The translations under genes were made by a program, and so were the position numbers. The notes beneath the pieces are model-generated. The model was not told the DNA's origin. It saw only the letters and a program-made list of their open reading frames with translations, and ran no database searches. From the NCBI GenBank assembly GCA_031409275.1, contig JANNXA010000037.1:32001-96000 (forward strand): a stretch of 64,000 nt of DNA, in the 5' to 3' direction. This document shows positions 9,510-18,620 of this stretch, piece by piece (within the stretch, counting starts at the first letter, position 1; each line of letters begins with the position of its first letter). Origin of the DNA: Planctomycetota bacterium. Lineage in GTDB: Bacteria; Planctomycetota; B15-G4; SIAN01.

Positions 9510-11048
9510 ATGCGACTCTTCCGTCAGATCGCCTTGTCCTGCGTGGCCGCCGTCGGGATCGCTCCCGCCGCTGAAGCGACATGGTCGATCGTCCTGGTCG
9601 ACACCGCGACGGGTGAGGTTGCGGTCGGCTGCGCGACTTGCCTCGAGAACTTCGATCTCGAGCTCTACTGCCCGGTGGTGCTCGTCGGCATCGGCGGGGC
9701 GTGCGCGCAGTCATCGATCGATTCGAGCGGCCGCAATCGGCGGTTGATCTGGGACGAGATGCAGCTCGGCACTTCGCCGCGGGAGATCCTCACCAAGCTG
9801 CGCAGTGGCGACTCGTCGCACCAATCGCGGCAGTACGGCATCGTCGACCTCGAAGGGCGTCAAGTGACGTTCACCGGATTTCTGGCCGGCGCGTGGGCCG
9901 GTGGAGTGACCGGTGTCAGCGGCACGATCCACTACGCGATCCAGGGCAATGTGCTCACCGGCCAGCCGGTGGTCCAGGACGCCGAAGCGGCGGTGCTCAA
10001 CACCAGCGGCGACCTGGCCGCGAAGCTGATGGCTGGGATGGAGGCGGCGCAGGCGGTGGGTGGGGACGGGCGCTGCTCGTGCGATCCAGCCGATGCCGAT
10101 CGTTGCGGTTCGCCGCCGCCAGGATTCGACCCCGACACCGACAAGTCGGCCCACGTCGGGTTCATGATCGTTGCGCGCATCGGTGACGTCGACGGCGACT
10201 GCAACGTCAGCGCCGGCTGCTCGAACGGTTCGTACTACATGAACCACAACGTCGCCAACCAGGATCGCAACGACGAGGATCCGGTCCTGCAGATGCGCAC
10301 GCTGTTCGATCAGTGGCGCGACGACTGGCGCAACCATGCCGACCACCTGCTCTCGACCAAGACGATGAGCCGCGTCGGGGTGCCGGGCAACGGCACGACT
10401 CCAGCCACGTTGACGCTGGCGCTGCGCGACTGGGAAGGGACGGCGCTGACGACGGGTGGTGCGACGATCACGGTGAGCCACGCGGCGACGAGCGCCGGGC
10501 TGGCGTCGATCGGGACGGTCGAAGACAACGGCGACGGCACCTACAGCGTCGAGTTGAGGGCCGGCGTCGGGCAAGGCACGGACGTCTACGACCTCGTGGT
10601 CGACGACGGCCGCGGACCGGTCACCCTCTATCCGTCGCCGACGCTGAAGCACAACGAGACGCTGAAGGCAGACGCCGCCTCGATCTCCTCTTCGGCGGGT
10701 GGAACGATCTCCTTCGACCTCGTGGGCCCCGACGAGGAGCCGCCGGCCGACTACCTGTTGCTCTGCTCCGCGTCCGGAACGGCGCCAGGCCTGCTGATCG
10801 GCAAGAGCAACATCGTGCTCCCGCTCAACTACGACGACGTCATGTGGATCTCGTACTACTGCGCCAACACGACGACCTTCGTCAACACCGACAACGTGCT
10901 CGACGCCGACGGGAAGGCCTCGGCGCAGTTCCACGTCGAGCCCGACGAACTGCAGTTGCTGGTCGGTTTCGACCTCGCGTTCGCCTACCTGACCAACCAG
11001 AAGGTGACGTTTGCCAGCAACTTCAAGCTGGTGACGATCGATCCGTAG
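9510..11048 (+). CDS. Secreted DUF1028 (Ntn-hydrolase-like) protein with Ig/invasin-like and C-terminal domains
   Basis: Signal peptide ending AEA, then N-terminal T-WSIV. RQYGIVD, YAIQGNVL, GGDGRCS. Ig-like DNGDGTYSV. Confidence 0.8.
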   Translation: MRLFRQIALSCVAAVGIAPAAEATWSIVLVDTATGEVAVGCATCLENFDLELYCPVVLVGIGGACAQSSIDSSGRNRRLIWDEMQLGTSPREILTKLRSGDSSHQSRQYGIVDLEGRQVTFTGFLAGAWAGGVTGVSGTIHYAIQGNVLTGQPVVQDAEAAVLNTSGDLAAKLMAGMEAAQAVGGDGRCSCDPADADRCGSPPPGFDPDTDKSAHVGFMIVARIGDVDGDCNVSAGCSNGSYYMNHNVANQDRNDEDPVLQMRTLFDQWRDDWRNHADHLLSTKTMSRVGVPGNGTTPATLTLALRDWEGTALTTGGATITVSHAATSAGLASIGTVEDNGDGTYSVELRAGVGQGTDVYDLVVDDGRGPVTLYPSPTLKHNETLKADAASISSSAGGTISFDLVGPDEEPPADYLLLCSASGTAPGLLIGKSNIVLPLNYDDVMWISYYCANTTTFVNTDNVLDADGKASAQFHVEPDELQLLVGFDLAFAYLTNQKVTFASNFKLVTIDP

Positions 11049-11077
11049 CGGCGGCTAGGGCGATCGCGGCGCGGCGA

Positions 11078-11458
11078 TCAGCGGTTGCGCAGCTCGAATT
11101 CGCGGTTGTCGTTGCCGCTCATCACGAGGACCTGCGGGCGCAGCGCGCGCGCGGACTCTTCGTCGACGTGGACGTAGGTGATGACCAGCAGCCGATCGCC
11201 GGGATTGCCCTTGTGCGCCATGCCGCCGTTCAGCACGCACGCGCCGGTGCCTGGCTCGTCGCGCAGCGCATAGGTCCACATGCGTTCGCCGTTGGCCAAG
11301 TTGACCACCTGGATCTTCTCGAACGGCAGGATGCCGGCGCTGTCGAGCAGCTTGGCGTCGATCCCGAGGCTGCCGGTGTAGTGCAGGTTCTTGTCGGTGA
11401 CGACGATCCCGTGGATCTTCGCCTTCATCATTTCGCGCAGGATCATCGCGGTCCTCAT
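11078..11458 (-). CDS. panD: Aspartate 1-decarboxylase
   Basis: KIHGIVVTDKNLHYTGSLGID with the G-S autocleavage site; NGER.WTY; LNGG.AH. Confidence 0.93.
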   Translation of the reverse strand: MRTAMILREMMKAKIHGIVVTDKNLHYTGSLGIDAKLLDSAGILPFEKIQVVNLANGERMWTYALRDEPGTGACVLNGGMAHKGNPGDRLLVITYVHVDEESARALRPQVLVMSGNDNREFELRNR

Positions 11459-12318
11459 CCGATCCGGCGAGCGGCGTCGCCGAGCAGCAGGTTGTCGATC
11501 AGTCGCGTCGCGCCGAGGAATGCCGCGGCCGCGACGACGCCGCCGTTGCCGAGCCGTTCCGGCACGGCCAGCGACTCGTCATCACGCACTTCGAAGTAGT
11601 CGAGTCGGAAGGCGCTGGTGCTCGCGAGCGCGGCGCGGCCGACCGCTGCCAGCGCCGTGGTCGAGCGCTCGCCGCGGTCGAACGCGGCGCGCACGGCCTG
11701 CAGCGCCTGCTGCAGAGCCGGAGCCTGGCTCCGCTCGGCGGCGGAGAGGTAGCGGTTGCGGCTCGACATCGCCAGGCCATCGACCTCGCGCAGCGTCGGC
11801 AGCATGCGCACCGTGAGGTCGAAGTCGAGGTCGACCACCATCCGCTGCAGCAGTCGCGCCTGCTGGAAGTCCTTCTGGCCGAAGTAGGCGACGTGCGGCG
11901 CGACGAGGTGGAACAGTTTCGCCACCACTGTCAGCACGCCGCGGAAGTGGCCGGGGCGGCTAGCGCCGCAGAGCGACTCCGCCAGCGTGCCGGGGACGAC
12001 GTGCGTGTCGAAGCCGGGCGGGTACATCTCGGCGGGAGTCGTGATGAACAGCGCGTCGGCGCCCGCTGCGGCGAGGAGCGCCTGGTCGCCGGCGAGGTCA
12101 CGCGGGTAGCGCGAGAGGTCTTCGTTCGCTCCGAATTGCAGCGGGTTGACGAAGATCGAGGCGATCACGACGTCGCATTCTGCGCGCGCGCGCTGGATCA
12201 GGCTCTGGTGGCCGGCATGGAGCGCTCCCATCGTCGGGACGAATCCGATGGTGCGTCCCGCCGATCGCCACGCACGGCTGGCGGTGCGCAGATCGGCGAT
12301 CCGATCGAGCGTCCGCAT
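11455..12318 (-). CDS. panC: Pantoate--beta-alanine ligase
   Basis: FVPTMGALHAGH, SIFVNPLQF, RPGHFRGV, FGQKDFQQ, GLAMSSRN, RLIDN. ATG overlaps the folK stop. Confidence 0.96.
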   Translation of the reverse strand: MRTLDRIADLRTASRAWRSAGRTIGFVPTMGALHAGHQSLIQRARAECDVVIASIFVNPLQFGANEDLSRYPRDLAGDQALLAAAGADALFITTPAEMYPPGFDTHVVPGTLAESLCGASRPGHFRGVLTVVAKLFHLVAPHVAYFGQKDFQQARLLQRMVVDLDFDLTVRMLPTLREVDGLAMSSRNRYLSAAERSQAPALQQALQAVRAAFDRGERSTTALAAVGRAALASTSAFRLDYFEVRDDESLAVPERLGNGGVVAAAAFLGATRLIDNLLLGDAARRIG

Positions 12319-12809
12319 CACGTCGGGCACGCGCGCGCCTCCTCGGGCAGTTTCGCCAGCAGTTCCGCCGCCGTGGCCTGAAGCGTCGGATGGCGCCAAT
12401 CGGCCGCGATCTCGGCCAGCGGCTCGAGGACGAAACGGCGCTGATGGGCGCGCGGGTGGGGCAGGGTGAGGCCCGGTTCGGCGACCACGGTCGCGCCATG
12501 GAAGAGCAGGTCAAGGTCGATCGGCCGCGCCTCGTAGGGAGCGTGGCGCACGCGACCGCCGACGCGCTCGATGGCGAGCAGCACGTCGAGGAGGGCGCGT
12601 GGCGACAGGGTCGTCTCCACCAGCACGACGCCATTCAGGAAGCGGCCTTGTTGCGGTGCACCGGCCGGCAACTCCGGCGCGGTGTCGTACGCGCGGGAGC
12701 GAGCGACGAGTCGGACTCCGGGCCACGCGGCGAGTTGCGCGAGGGCGGCAACGACATGCCCTTCGCGATCGCCGAGGTTCGAGCCCCACGCGATGGCGGC
12801 CGGCGTCAC
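12318..12809 (-). CDS. folK: 2-amino-4-hydroxy-6-hydroxymethyldihydropteridine diphosphokinase
   Basis: GSNLGDR, FLNGV, RPIDLDLL, LTLPHPR..RRFVLEPL. Confidence 0.93.
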   Translation of the reverse strand: MTPAAIAWGSNLGDREGHVVAALAQLAAWPGVRLVARSRAYDTAPELPAGAPQQGRFLNGVVLVETTLSPRALLDVLLAIERVGGRVRHAPYEARPIDLDLLFHGATVVAEPGLTLPHPRAHQRRFVLEPLAEIAADWRHPTLQATAAELLAKLPEEARACPT

Positions 12810-13666
12810 GGCGCATCCCCCTCGGGTGGGGCCGGGCGCGGCCACAACGGGCGCTTCAACACGTGCTCGAGCAGCGAGACGAGCGGGCACGCGAAGACGT
12901 AGCCGATCGACACGAGCGCGATCGCGTACTCCGGGATGAGCGAGAGCAGCAGGATCGCCAGCACGATCTGCGCGATGTAGGTGTGCGGATGGCGGCCGCG
13001 CATGAAGCGGTTCACGATGTGGACGTACTTCACCCGCGACACCATCGCCAGCGCCAGCAGCGGCAGACAGAACAGGAGGCCGTTCAGGAAGAGCGCGCGA
13101 CGTTTGGCGAGCCAGAGCGGGGCATCCGGCGCGCTGACGTCGAGGTAGAGCAGGATCCCGGCGGCGACGAACCCGGCGGCGGCAGGGCTCGGCAGGCCGC
13201 TGAAGAAGTCGTGCGCGTCGGCGTCGTCCTCAGTCGCGGCGGTGAAGCGCGCCAGTCGGAGAGCGGCGCAACTCACGTAGAGGAAACACATCAGCAGCAC
13301 GAACTTCGGCTTGAACGGCTGCTCGGCGATCAGCCGCTCCGACTCGAACAGGAACTTCACCAGCAGCGCCGGAGCGGCTCCGAAGGTCAGCATGTCGCAC
13401 AGCGAGTCGAGCATCGCGCCGAACTCGGAGGTCGCCTTGGTCATGCGTGCGAGCCGACCGTCGAGCGCGTCGAAGACGTTGGCGAGGAAGATCAGCCAGC
13501 AGCTGATCGCGAAATGGTGATGGAAGTCGACCAGGACCTCGGGCGGCGGCGGCGAGGGGGCGCGCCACAGCAGGCTGATGGCGTCGGCGCCCTTGGCAAT
13601 GGCGAGGAAACCGCAGAACGCGTTGCCGAGCGTGCACAGAGCGGGCAGGATCGCGACCGGCTTCAC
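12806..13666 (-). CDS. pssA: CDP-diacylglycerol--serine O-phosphatidyltransferase
   Basis: LP..CTLGN, DALDGRLAR...SEFGAMLDSLCD (CDP-alcohol phosphotransferase motif), RLARF, FSGLPSP. Adjacent to psd. Confidence 0.9.
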   Translation of the reverse strand: MKPVAILPALCTLGNAFCGFLAIAKGADAISLLWRAPSPPPPEVLVDFHHHFAISCWLIFLANVFDALDGRLARMTKATSEFGAMLDSLCDMLTFGAAPALLVKFLFESERLIAEQPFKPKFVLLMCFLYVSCAALRLARFTAATEDDADAHDFFSGLPSPAAAGFVAAGILLYLDVSAPDAPLWLAKRRALFLNGLLFCLPLLALAMVSRVKYVHIVNRFMRGRHPHTYIAQIVLAILLLSLIPEYAIALVSIGYVFACPLVSLLEHVLKRPLWPRPAPPEGDAP

Positions 13667-13676
13667 GCGGCGCTCC

Positions 13677-14342
13677 TCATGCAGACGGCGTCGCGCGCGC
13701 CCCGAGCCGCACGAGCGGCGTCGAAGTCCCGCTGACCTTGTCGCCAACCTTCACCAGCACGTCTGGCTTGAGGCGAAGCGGCACGATCAACTCGGTCCGC
13801 GAACCGAACTTGATCATGCCCATGCGCTGGCCGCGCGTGAGCGCGTCGCCGACGGTCAGCGGGCAGACGATCCGCCGGGCGATCAGTCCCGCGACCTGCC
13901 GCACGACGAACGGGAACTCCGCCTCGAGACGGATCTCCTGCGCCTCGTTCAGCTTCGAGACGTCGGGGTGGCGGGCGTCGAGGAATTGGCCCGGCTGATG
14001 TTTCAGGGCCACCACCTTCGCGCTCCATGGGCAGCGGTTGACGTGGACGTTCAGCACCGAAAGGAAGATCCCGACCCGAATGCAGGGTTCCGCGAGCAGT
14101 TCGGTGCGCGGCAACTCGACGATGTCGGCGACCGTTCCATCGGCGGGCGAAACCAGCACGGTGGGATCGGCAGGGAGCTTGCGTTCAGGATCGCGGAAGA
14201 ACGAGACGGCGAACACGAGCAGTGCTGCCGGAACGAGCACCAAGGGCCACGCGACGAGGGCGAGTCCCCACGCGAGGAGGCCACACAGAACCGTGATCGC
14301 GATCAACTCGCGCGTACCGTGGGGGGTGATCGGAATGAGCAC
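13677..14342 (-). CDS. psd: Phosphatidylserine decarboxylase proenzyme
   Basis: FFRDPER, SPADG, IFLSVLNVHVNR, QVAGLIARRI, GMIKFGSR. Confidence 0.93.
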   Translation of the reverse strand: MLIPITPHGTRELIAITVLCGLLAWGLALVAWPLVLVPAALLVFAVSFFRDPERKLPADPTVLVSPADGTVADIVELPRTELLAEPCIRVGIFLSVLNVHVNRCPWSAKVVALKHQPGQFLDARHPDVSKLNEAQEIRLEAEFPFVVRQVAGLIARRIVCPLTVGDALTRGQRMGMIKFGSRTELIVPLRLKPDVLVKVGDKVSGTSTPLVRLGARATPSA

Positions 14343-14364
14343 AGTTTCAGCTTCTCTAGGCCTG

Positions 14365-15048
14365 ATGGGACTGGCGTGGGGCCGAGCACCGGCGCGCCGG
14401 AACGGCGCAGATGTGCAGCCGGAGCGGGACCCGTCGACGTCCGCGACGACGGCCGAGCATCCTACCCGCGCCGACCGCCGCCGCGCTTGGAGCGCGCTCG
14501 GCGACTCCGAGCTGATGGCCCACTGCCAGAACCGCGCCGAGGAAGCGCTCGAAGTCCTCCACGAACGCCATTCGCCCGGGTTGCTGCGATTCCTGGAGCG
14601 GATGCTGCGTGACCGCGCTCGGGCGGAAGACGTCTGCCAGGAAGCGTTCGTGAAAATCTGGCGACGCGCCGAACTCTTCGACCCCGCGCGCGGGACGTTC
14701 AGCGCGTGGCTCTATCGAGCGGCCGCCAATCTCGCCTACAACCGCCTCGCGCTGCGGTCCTCGAGCGAGAGCGAGCTCTCCGCACTTCAGGTCCTCCCTC
14801 CCGCGAAGGGGCAGAGCCCGATCGACGCCGCGGCCCTCGACGAGCGTCACCGCCTCCTCCACGCGGCGCTCGGTGAACTCACGGAGCGCGACCGGGCCAT
14901 CCTGGTGTTGCGCCATATCGAAGAGCGCCCGGTGGCCGAGATCGCGGCCATCCTCGACATCCCCGAGGGCACCGTGAAGTCGCGCTGCCACTACGCGATG
15001 CACCGGTTGCGCGCCGCGCTGCCGGAAGCTCTCGCGGAAACGCATTGA
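14365..15048 (+). CDS. ECF RNA polymerase sigma-70 factor (start uncertain)
   Basis: AEDVCQEAFVKIW, FSAWLYRAAAN, EIAAILDIPEGTVKSR. Confidence 0.9.
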   Translation: MGLAWGRAPARRNGADVQPERDPSTSATTAEHPTRADRRRAWSALGDSELMAHCQNRAEEALEVLHERHSPGLLRFLERMLRDRARAEDVCQEAFVKIWRRAELFDPARGTFSAWLYRAAANLAYNRLALRSSSESELSALQVLPPAKGQSPIDAAALDERHRLLHAALGELTERDRAILVLRHIEERPVAEIAAILDIPEGTVKSRCHYAMHRLRAALPEALAETH

Positions 15049-15081
15049 TCCGCGGGAGTCGTTGGCCGGGTAGGTGGCGCG

Positions 15082-15645
15082 ATGTCCTCCCTCCCTCCCG
15101 ATTCCGACGACCGTGATCCCCATTGTGACCGGGTTGCGGCGGCGTGGAGCGAACTGCTCCTCGCCGCCGCTGACGTTGATCGCGACCCGCAGCGCCTCGA
15201 CCCGCTGCTCCGCCACCTCGCCGACTGTCGCCGTTGCCGCGACGAGCACGCGGCGTTCGCGGAACTGATCGGCGACCTGAAGACGCTGCCGTCCCCGCCC
15301 ACCGATCCCCGCCGCCTGGAGGCCCTGCGTGCGGCGCTTTCGTCGGAGCCCTCCCGACGGGAGGCGCGAGTGCGGCTCGCCGAGCCGGTCTCGAGCCGCC
15401 ACGACGTGGCGCCGATCGAGTGGGCCGCATTGGCCACCGTCGCGCTGGTCCTTGCCGGCGGCCTGCTCCGCTACAGTCCCGCGGTCGCGCGCTGCTTCGC
15501 GACGGCACCGTCGAACAGCGAGTGGCTGTTGCCGATGCTCTTCCTCGGGTTCGGGTCCGTGCTTTCGTTGATCGCCCTTCCGTTGTTGCGAACGCCGCTC
15601 CTCCACGCGGCCGCGGTCGATGGCCTGCCGCCGAGTTCGACGTGA
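15082..15645 (+). CDS. Zinc-binding (ZAS) membrane anti-sigma factor
   Basis: HLADCRRC (Hx3Cx2C) and two hydrophobic segments, directly downstream of the ECF sigma. Confidence 0.75.
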   Translation: MSSLPPDSDDRDPHCDRVAAAWSELLLAAADVDRDPQRLDPLLRHLADCRRCRDEHAAFAELIGDLKTLPSPPTDPRRLEALRAALSSEPSRREARVRLAEPVSSRHDVAPIEWAALATVALVLAGGLLRYSPAVARCFATAPSNSEWLLPMLFLGFGSVLSLIALPLLRTPLLHAAAVDGLPPSST

Positions 15646-15701
15646 ACCCGCGCGCTTCGCTCGAGAACTCCCGTTTGATCGATTCGCTTCGACACTTCCT
15701 G

Positions 15702-16142
15702 ATGCAGCGCCTTGGACGTCGCGGCACGATCGCGCTCGGCGTCGGGGTCGTCGCGCTCTTTGCGATCGCCGGGGGCCCGCTGCTGCTCGCGGGCGTCGGT
15801 AGCTCGGTCGCGGCGGTCCTTTTCTTCGCAGCGATCCTGCTCGGTCCAGCGGCCTGGGTGCTGTGGGACGCCCGTTCTCGGAGCATCGCCCGCCCGTTCA
15901 TCTGGGCCCTGTTCGCTCTGTTCGGCCACGTCGTCGGCGCGCTCGTCTACCTCCTCGTCCGCGACGCCCAGCCGCAAGAAGCGGCCTGCGCGAGCTGCCA
16001 GCGCGCCGTGCGGGTCGGACTCGCCACCTGTCCCTGGTGCGGCACGGCCCGCGCAACGAGCCGCAGCGGCTGCCACCATTGCGGCAGCGAACTCGAGTCG
16101 GGCTGGCGCTTCTGTCCGTACTGCCGAATCGCAGTCGACTGA
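15702..16142 (+). CDS. Membrane protein with C-terminal double zinc ribbon
   Basis: TM helices with WVLWDAR..WALFALF..GALVYLLVR, followed by CASC..CPWCG..CHHCG..FCPYC. Confidence 0.75.
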   Translation: MQRLGRRGTIALGVGVVALFAIAGGPLLLAGVGSSVAAVLFFAAILLGPAAWVLWDARSRSIARPFIWALFALFGHVVGALVYLLVRDAQPQEAACASCQRAVRVGLATCPWCGTARATSRSGCHHCGSELESGWRFCPYCRIAVD

Positions 16143-16188
16143 GTGCGCTCGCGGTCAAGGGTCGCGCGGAGGGGGTCTCGATGCTCCA

Positions 16189-17406
16189 ATGGGCGCCCTC
16201 GGGTTCCCTCGGAGTGCGCTCATGATCGCTGCTTCGCTCCTCGCCGCCACGCTCATCGGTTCCTGCGCATTCGCGCGGCAGCAAGGGGACGCCTCCCCGC
16301 GACCGTTCGCCGAGCAGCTCTCGGCCGCGACGACCCGCTTTCAGCAGGCGCTCGCGAGTCACCCCGAGGCACGCGAGAAGCTCGTGTCCGCCTATGCCGA
16401 GCAGTTGCTGGCGCTGGCGGCGAGTGCCCCGGCGACGCAGCAGGGCCTCGAGGCGTGCGTGAGCGTGCTGATGCTCGAGCCGGGCCAGCCGATGGCGGCT
16501 CGCGCCATCGAAGCGATCGTCCACAGCGGCGCAGAACCGAAGCTGCTGGTGGCGCTGGCGCAGTCGTTGATGCGCGGGGCTGCGAGCTTCTCTCACGAAG
16601 CTCTGCTCGACGCGTTGGTGACGACGGTCGATCAGCGTGAGGTGCAGGGGTACGCGGCCTACGCGCTCGGCCACCTGCGGCTCGACTTCGCTGACGATGT
16701 CGCCTACTTCACCGACGCGCGCGTCGCCGAGTCGGCTCGTTCCGCCTACGCGCAGAAGCGCGGCGCGGCGCTGCTTGCCGCGAACGTCGCGCGCGGAGTT
16801 CCAGCTCTACGCGAGGCCGGACTCGCGTCGCTGCGGCGCGTCGTCGACGACTTCTACTTCGCGGAACACCGCAAGGCGGGCTACTTGGGCGCCGTCGCCG
16901 ACGCCGAGCTCTTCGAGTTCGAACATCTGCAGGTCGGCATGGTGGCTCCCGAGATCGACGGCGCGGACGAGGACGGCGTGCCGTTCAAGCTTTCCGACTA
17001 CCGCGGGAAGGTGGTCGCGCTCGACTTCTGGGGCTTCTGGTGCCCGATCTGCCGCCACAACCTTTCGGGCGAGCGGTTGATGGTCGATCGCTTGAAGGAC
17101 GCGCCCTTCGCGCTGGTCGGCATCAACAGCGATCCGAAGACGCAGCTCGAAGTCGAACTCAAGCATGACCGCCTCTCGTGGCGATCCTTCTTCGACGGCG
17201 GCGATGCCTACGGACCGATTGCGACGCGCTGGAACGTCTCGACGTGGCCGACCATGTTTGTGCTCGACGAGGCGGGCGTGATCCAGCTCAAGTCCGAGGA
17301 CCTCGACGAGGTCGAGAGGATGGTCGACACGTTGCTTGCGCGCAGCACGTCGAAGCCCGCGGCGGGCGGGGCCGGCGCTCCTGCCGTCTCGGCGGCGGGC
17401 CGCTGA
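16189..17406 (+). CDS. Exported TlpA/AhpC-TSA thioredoxin-like protein with N-terminal helical region
   Basis: LQVGMVAPEIDG.D.DG..FKLSDYRGKVVALDFWGFWCPIC; WNVSTWPT. Confidence 0.85.
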   Translation: MGALGFPRSALMIAASLLAATLIGSCAFARQQGDASPRPFAEQLSAATTRFQQALASHPEAREKLVSAYAEQLLALAASAPATQQGLEACVSVLMLEPGQPMAARAIEAIVHSGAEPKLLVALAQSLMRGAASFSHEALLDALVTTVDQREVQGYAAYALGHLRLDFADDVAYFTDARVAESARSAYAQKRGAALLAANVARGVPALREAGLASLRRVVDDFYFAEHRKAGYLGAVADAELFEFEHLQVGMVAPEIDGADEDGVPFKLSDYRGKVVALDFWGFWCPICRHNLSGERLMVDRLKDAPFALVGINSDPKTQLEVELKHDRLSWRSFFDGGDAYGPIATRWNVSTWPTMFVLDEAGVIQLKSEDLDEVERMVDTLLARSTSKPAAGGAGAPAVSAAGR

Positions 17407-17449
17407 ATCGAGTTCGTCGACCCACACGCCGCTGCCAAGGGCTGATCCC

Positions 17450-18616
17450 GTGAGAACGTCGAAGTCGATCTCGGTCGTGGCCTGCGTGCCGCTCTTGTTT
17501 GCGATCGCTCGCGGCATGAATCAGGAAGCGCCCGTCGCGCCCGCGACGCCGGCGAGCGCGCCGGTCGCTGCGGACGACGCGGCGGCGAGGCGCGCGCAGC
17601 GACTGGCAGGCGACCGCGCTCGCTGCGAGGCGCAGATCGAGGCCATGGCGCGCTTCGGCCAGGTCGAAGGCTACAGCGCCGCGATCCGTCGATTGCTCGG
17701 CACGGTGACCGAGCGTTTCGCCGACGTCGGCGATGGCGTCTTCACCGACATCGCGCTCAAGAACTGGCTGGACTGGAACGAGAGCCGCCCCGGTGGCCCG
17801 GTACTGCCGGTCCTCGATCGCGACAACGCCACCCACCCGTTCACCGCGATCGTCGACCTGAACCGACAACTGCGAGGTCAGGGCATCGACTTCCTGCTGG
17901 TGGCCTTCCCGACGCGTCCTTCGCTCTATCCCGAACTGGCGATGGAGATGGCGACCATGGAGGGCTTTGCCGGCTTCTGCCCGGCGACGCCCCATTTCGC
18001 GAGGGCGCTGATCGACGAAGGGGTCGAAGTCCTCGATCTCACGCAGGAGTTCGTCGCGCAGCGCTACGGCGCCGGCGCGGATCGGCACGACCAGCTCTTC
18101 CTGCGTTACAACCAGCACTGGACCCCACGCGGCGCCGAGCTCGCCGCGGGCCTGGTCGCGGAACGACTCCGGCAGTACCCGTGGTTCACGCCTGGCCCGG
18201 CACGAGAGGGCGTCGACTGGATCGCCACGCAGAAGGACGTCGACGTCAAGATCCAATGGGGCGGCACTCCGGAAGGCGCCAAGCCGGAGCGGCTCCATTG
18301 CACGCAGGTCACGAAACCGAAGGGCCCGCGTCTCGACTCGGTGCGGCCGTCGAGTCCGATCACGCTGCTCTCGGGGAGCTTCGCGGACTTCCACAACTCT
18401 TCGGATTGCGACTTCACGGCGCAGCTCTACCGCTTCAGCGGCTGGTCGATCGACAAGATCAATCCGAAGGGCGGCGTCGAAGACGCCTGCCGCGAAGCGT
18501 TGGCGAAGAAGTCGGCGGCCGAATGGAAGAAGAAGAAGATCGTGGTGTGGATGCTGCCCGAGTCGGCATTCCGCGTCGGTCCGGTGTGGCGTCGAATCGC
18601 CGTCGTCGGGGAGTGA
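17450..18616 (+). CDS. AlgX/AlgJ-like (SGNH-related) O-acetyltransferase domain protein
   Basis: LRGQGIDFLLVAFPTR..LYPE, LFLRYNQHWTPRGAELAA, ITLLSGSF, IVVW. Confidence 0.7.
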   Translation: MRTSKSISVVACVPLLFAIARGMNQEAPVAPATPASAPVAADDAAARRAQRLAGDRARCEAQIEAMARFGQVEGYSAAIRRLLGTVTERFADVGDGVFTDIALKNWLDWNESRPGGPVLPVLDRDNATHPFTAIVDLNRQLRGQGIDFLLVAFPTRPSLYPELAMEMATMEGFAGFCPATPHFARALIDEGVEVLDLTQEFVAQRYGAGADRHDQLFLRYNQHWTPRGAELAAGLVAERLRQYPWFTPGPAREGVDWIATQKDVDVKIQWGGTPEGAKPERLHCTQVTKPKGPRLDSVRPSSPITLLSGSFADFHNSSDCDFTAQLYRFSGWSIDKINPKGGVEDACREALAKKSAAEWKKKKIVVWMLPESAFRVGPVWRRIAVVGE

Positions 18617-18620
18617 GCTG

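Noticed and set aside
17027..17052. Second selenoprotein in the TlpA-like gene
   Set aside because: The WCPIC motif uses TGC codons; no in-frame TGA.
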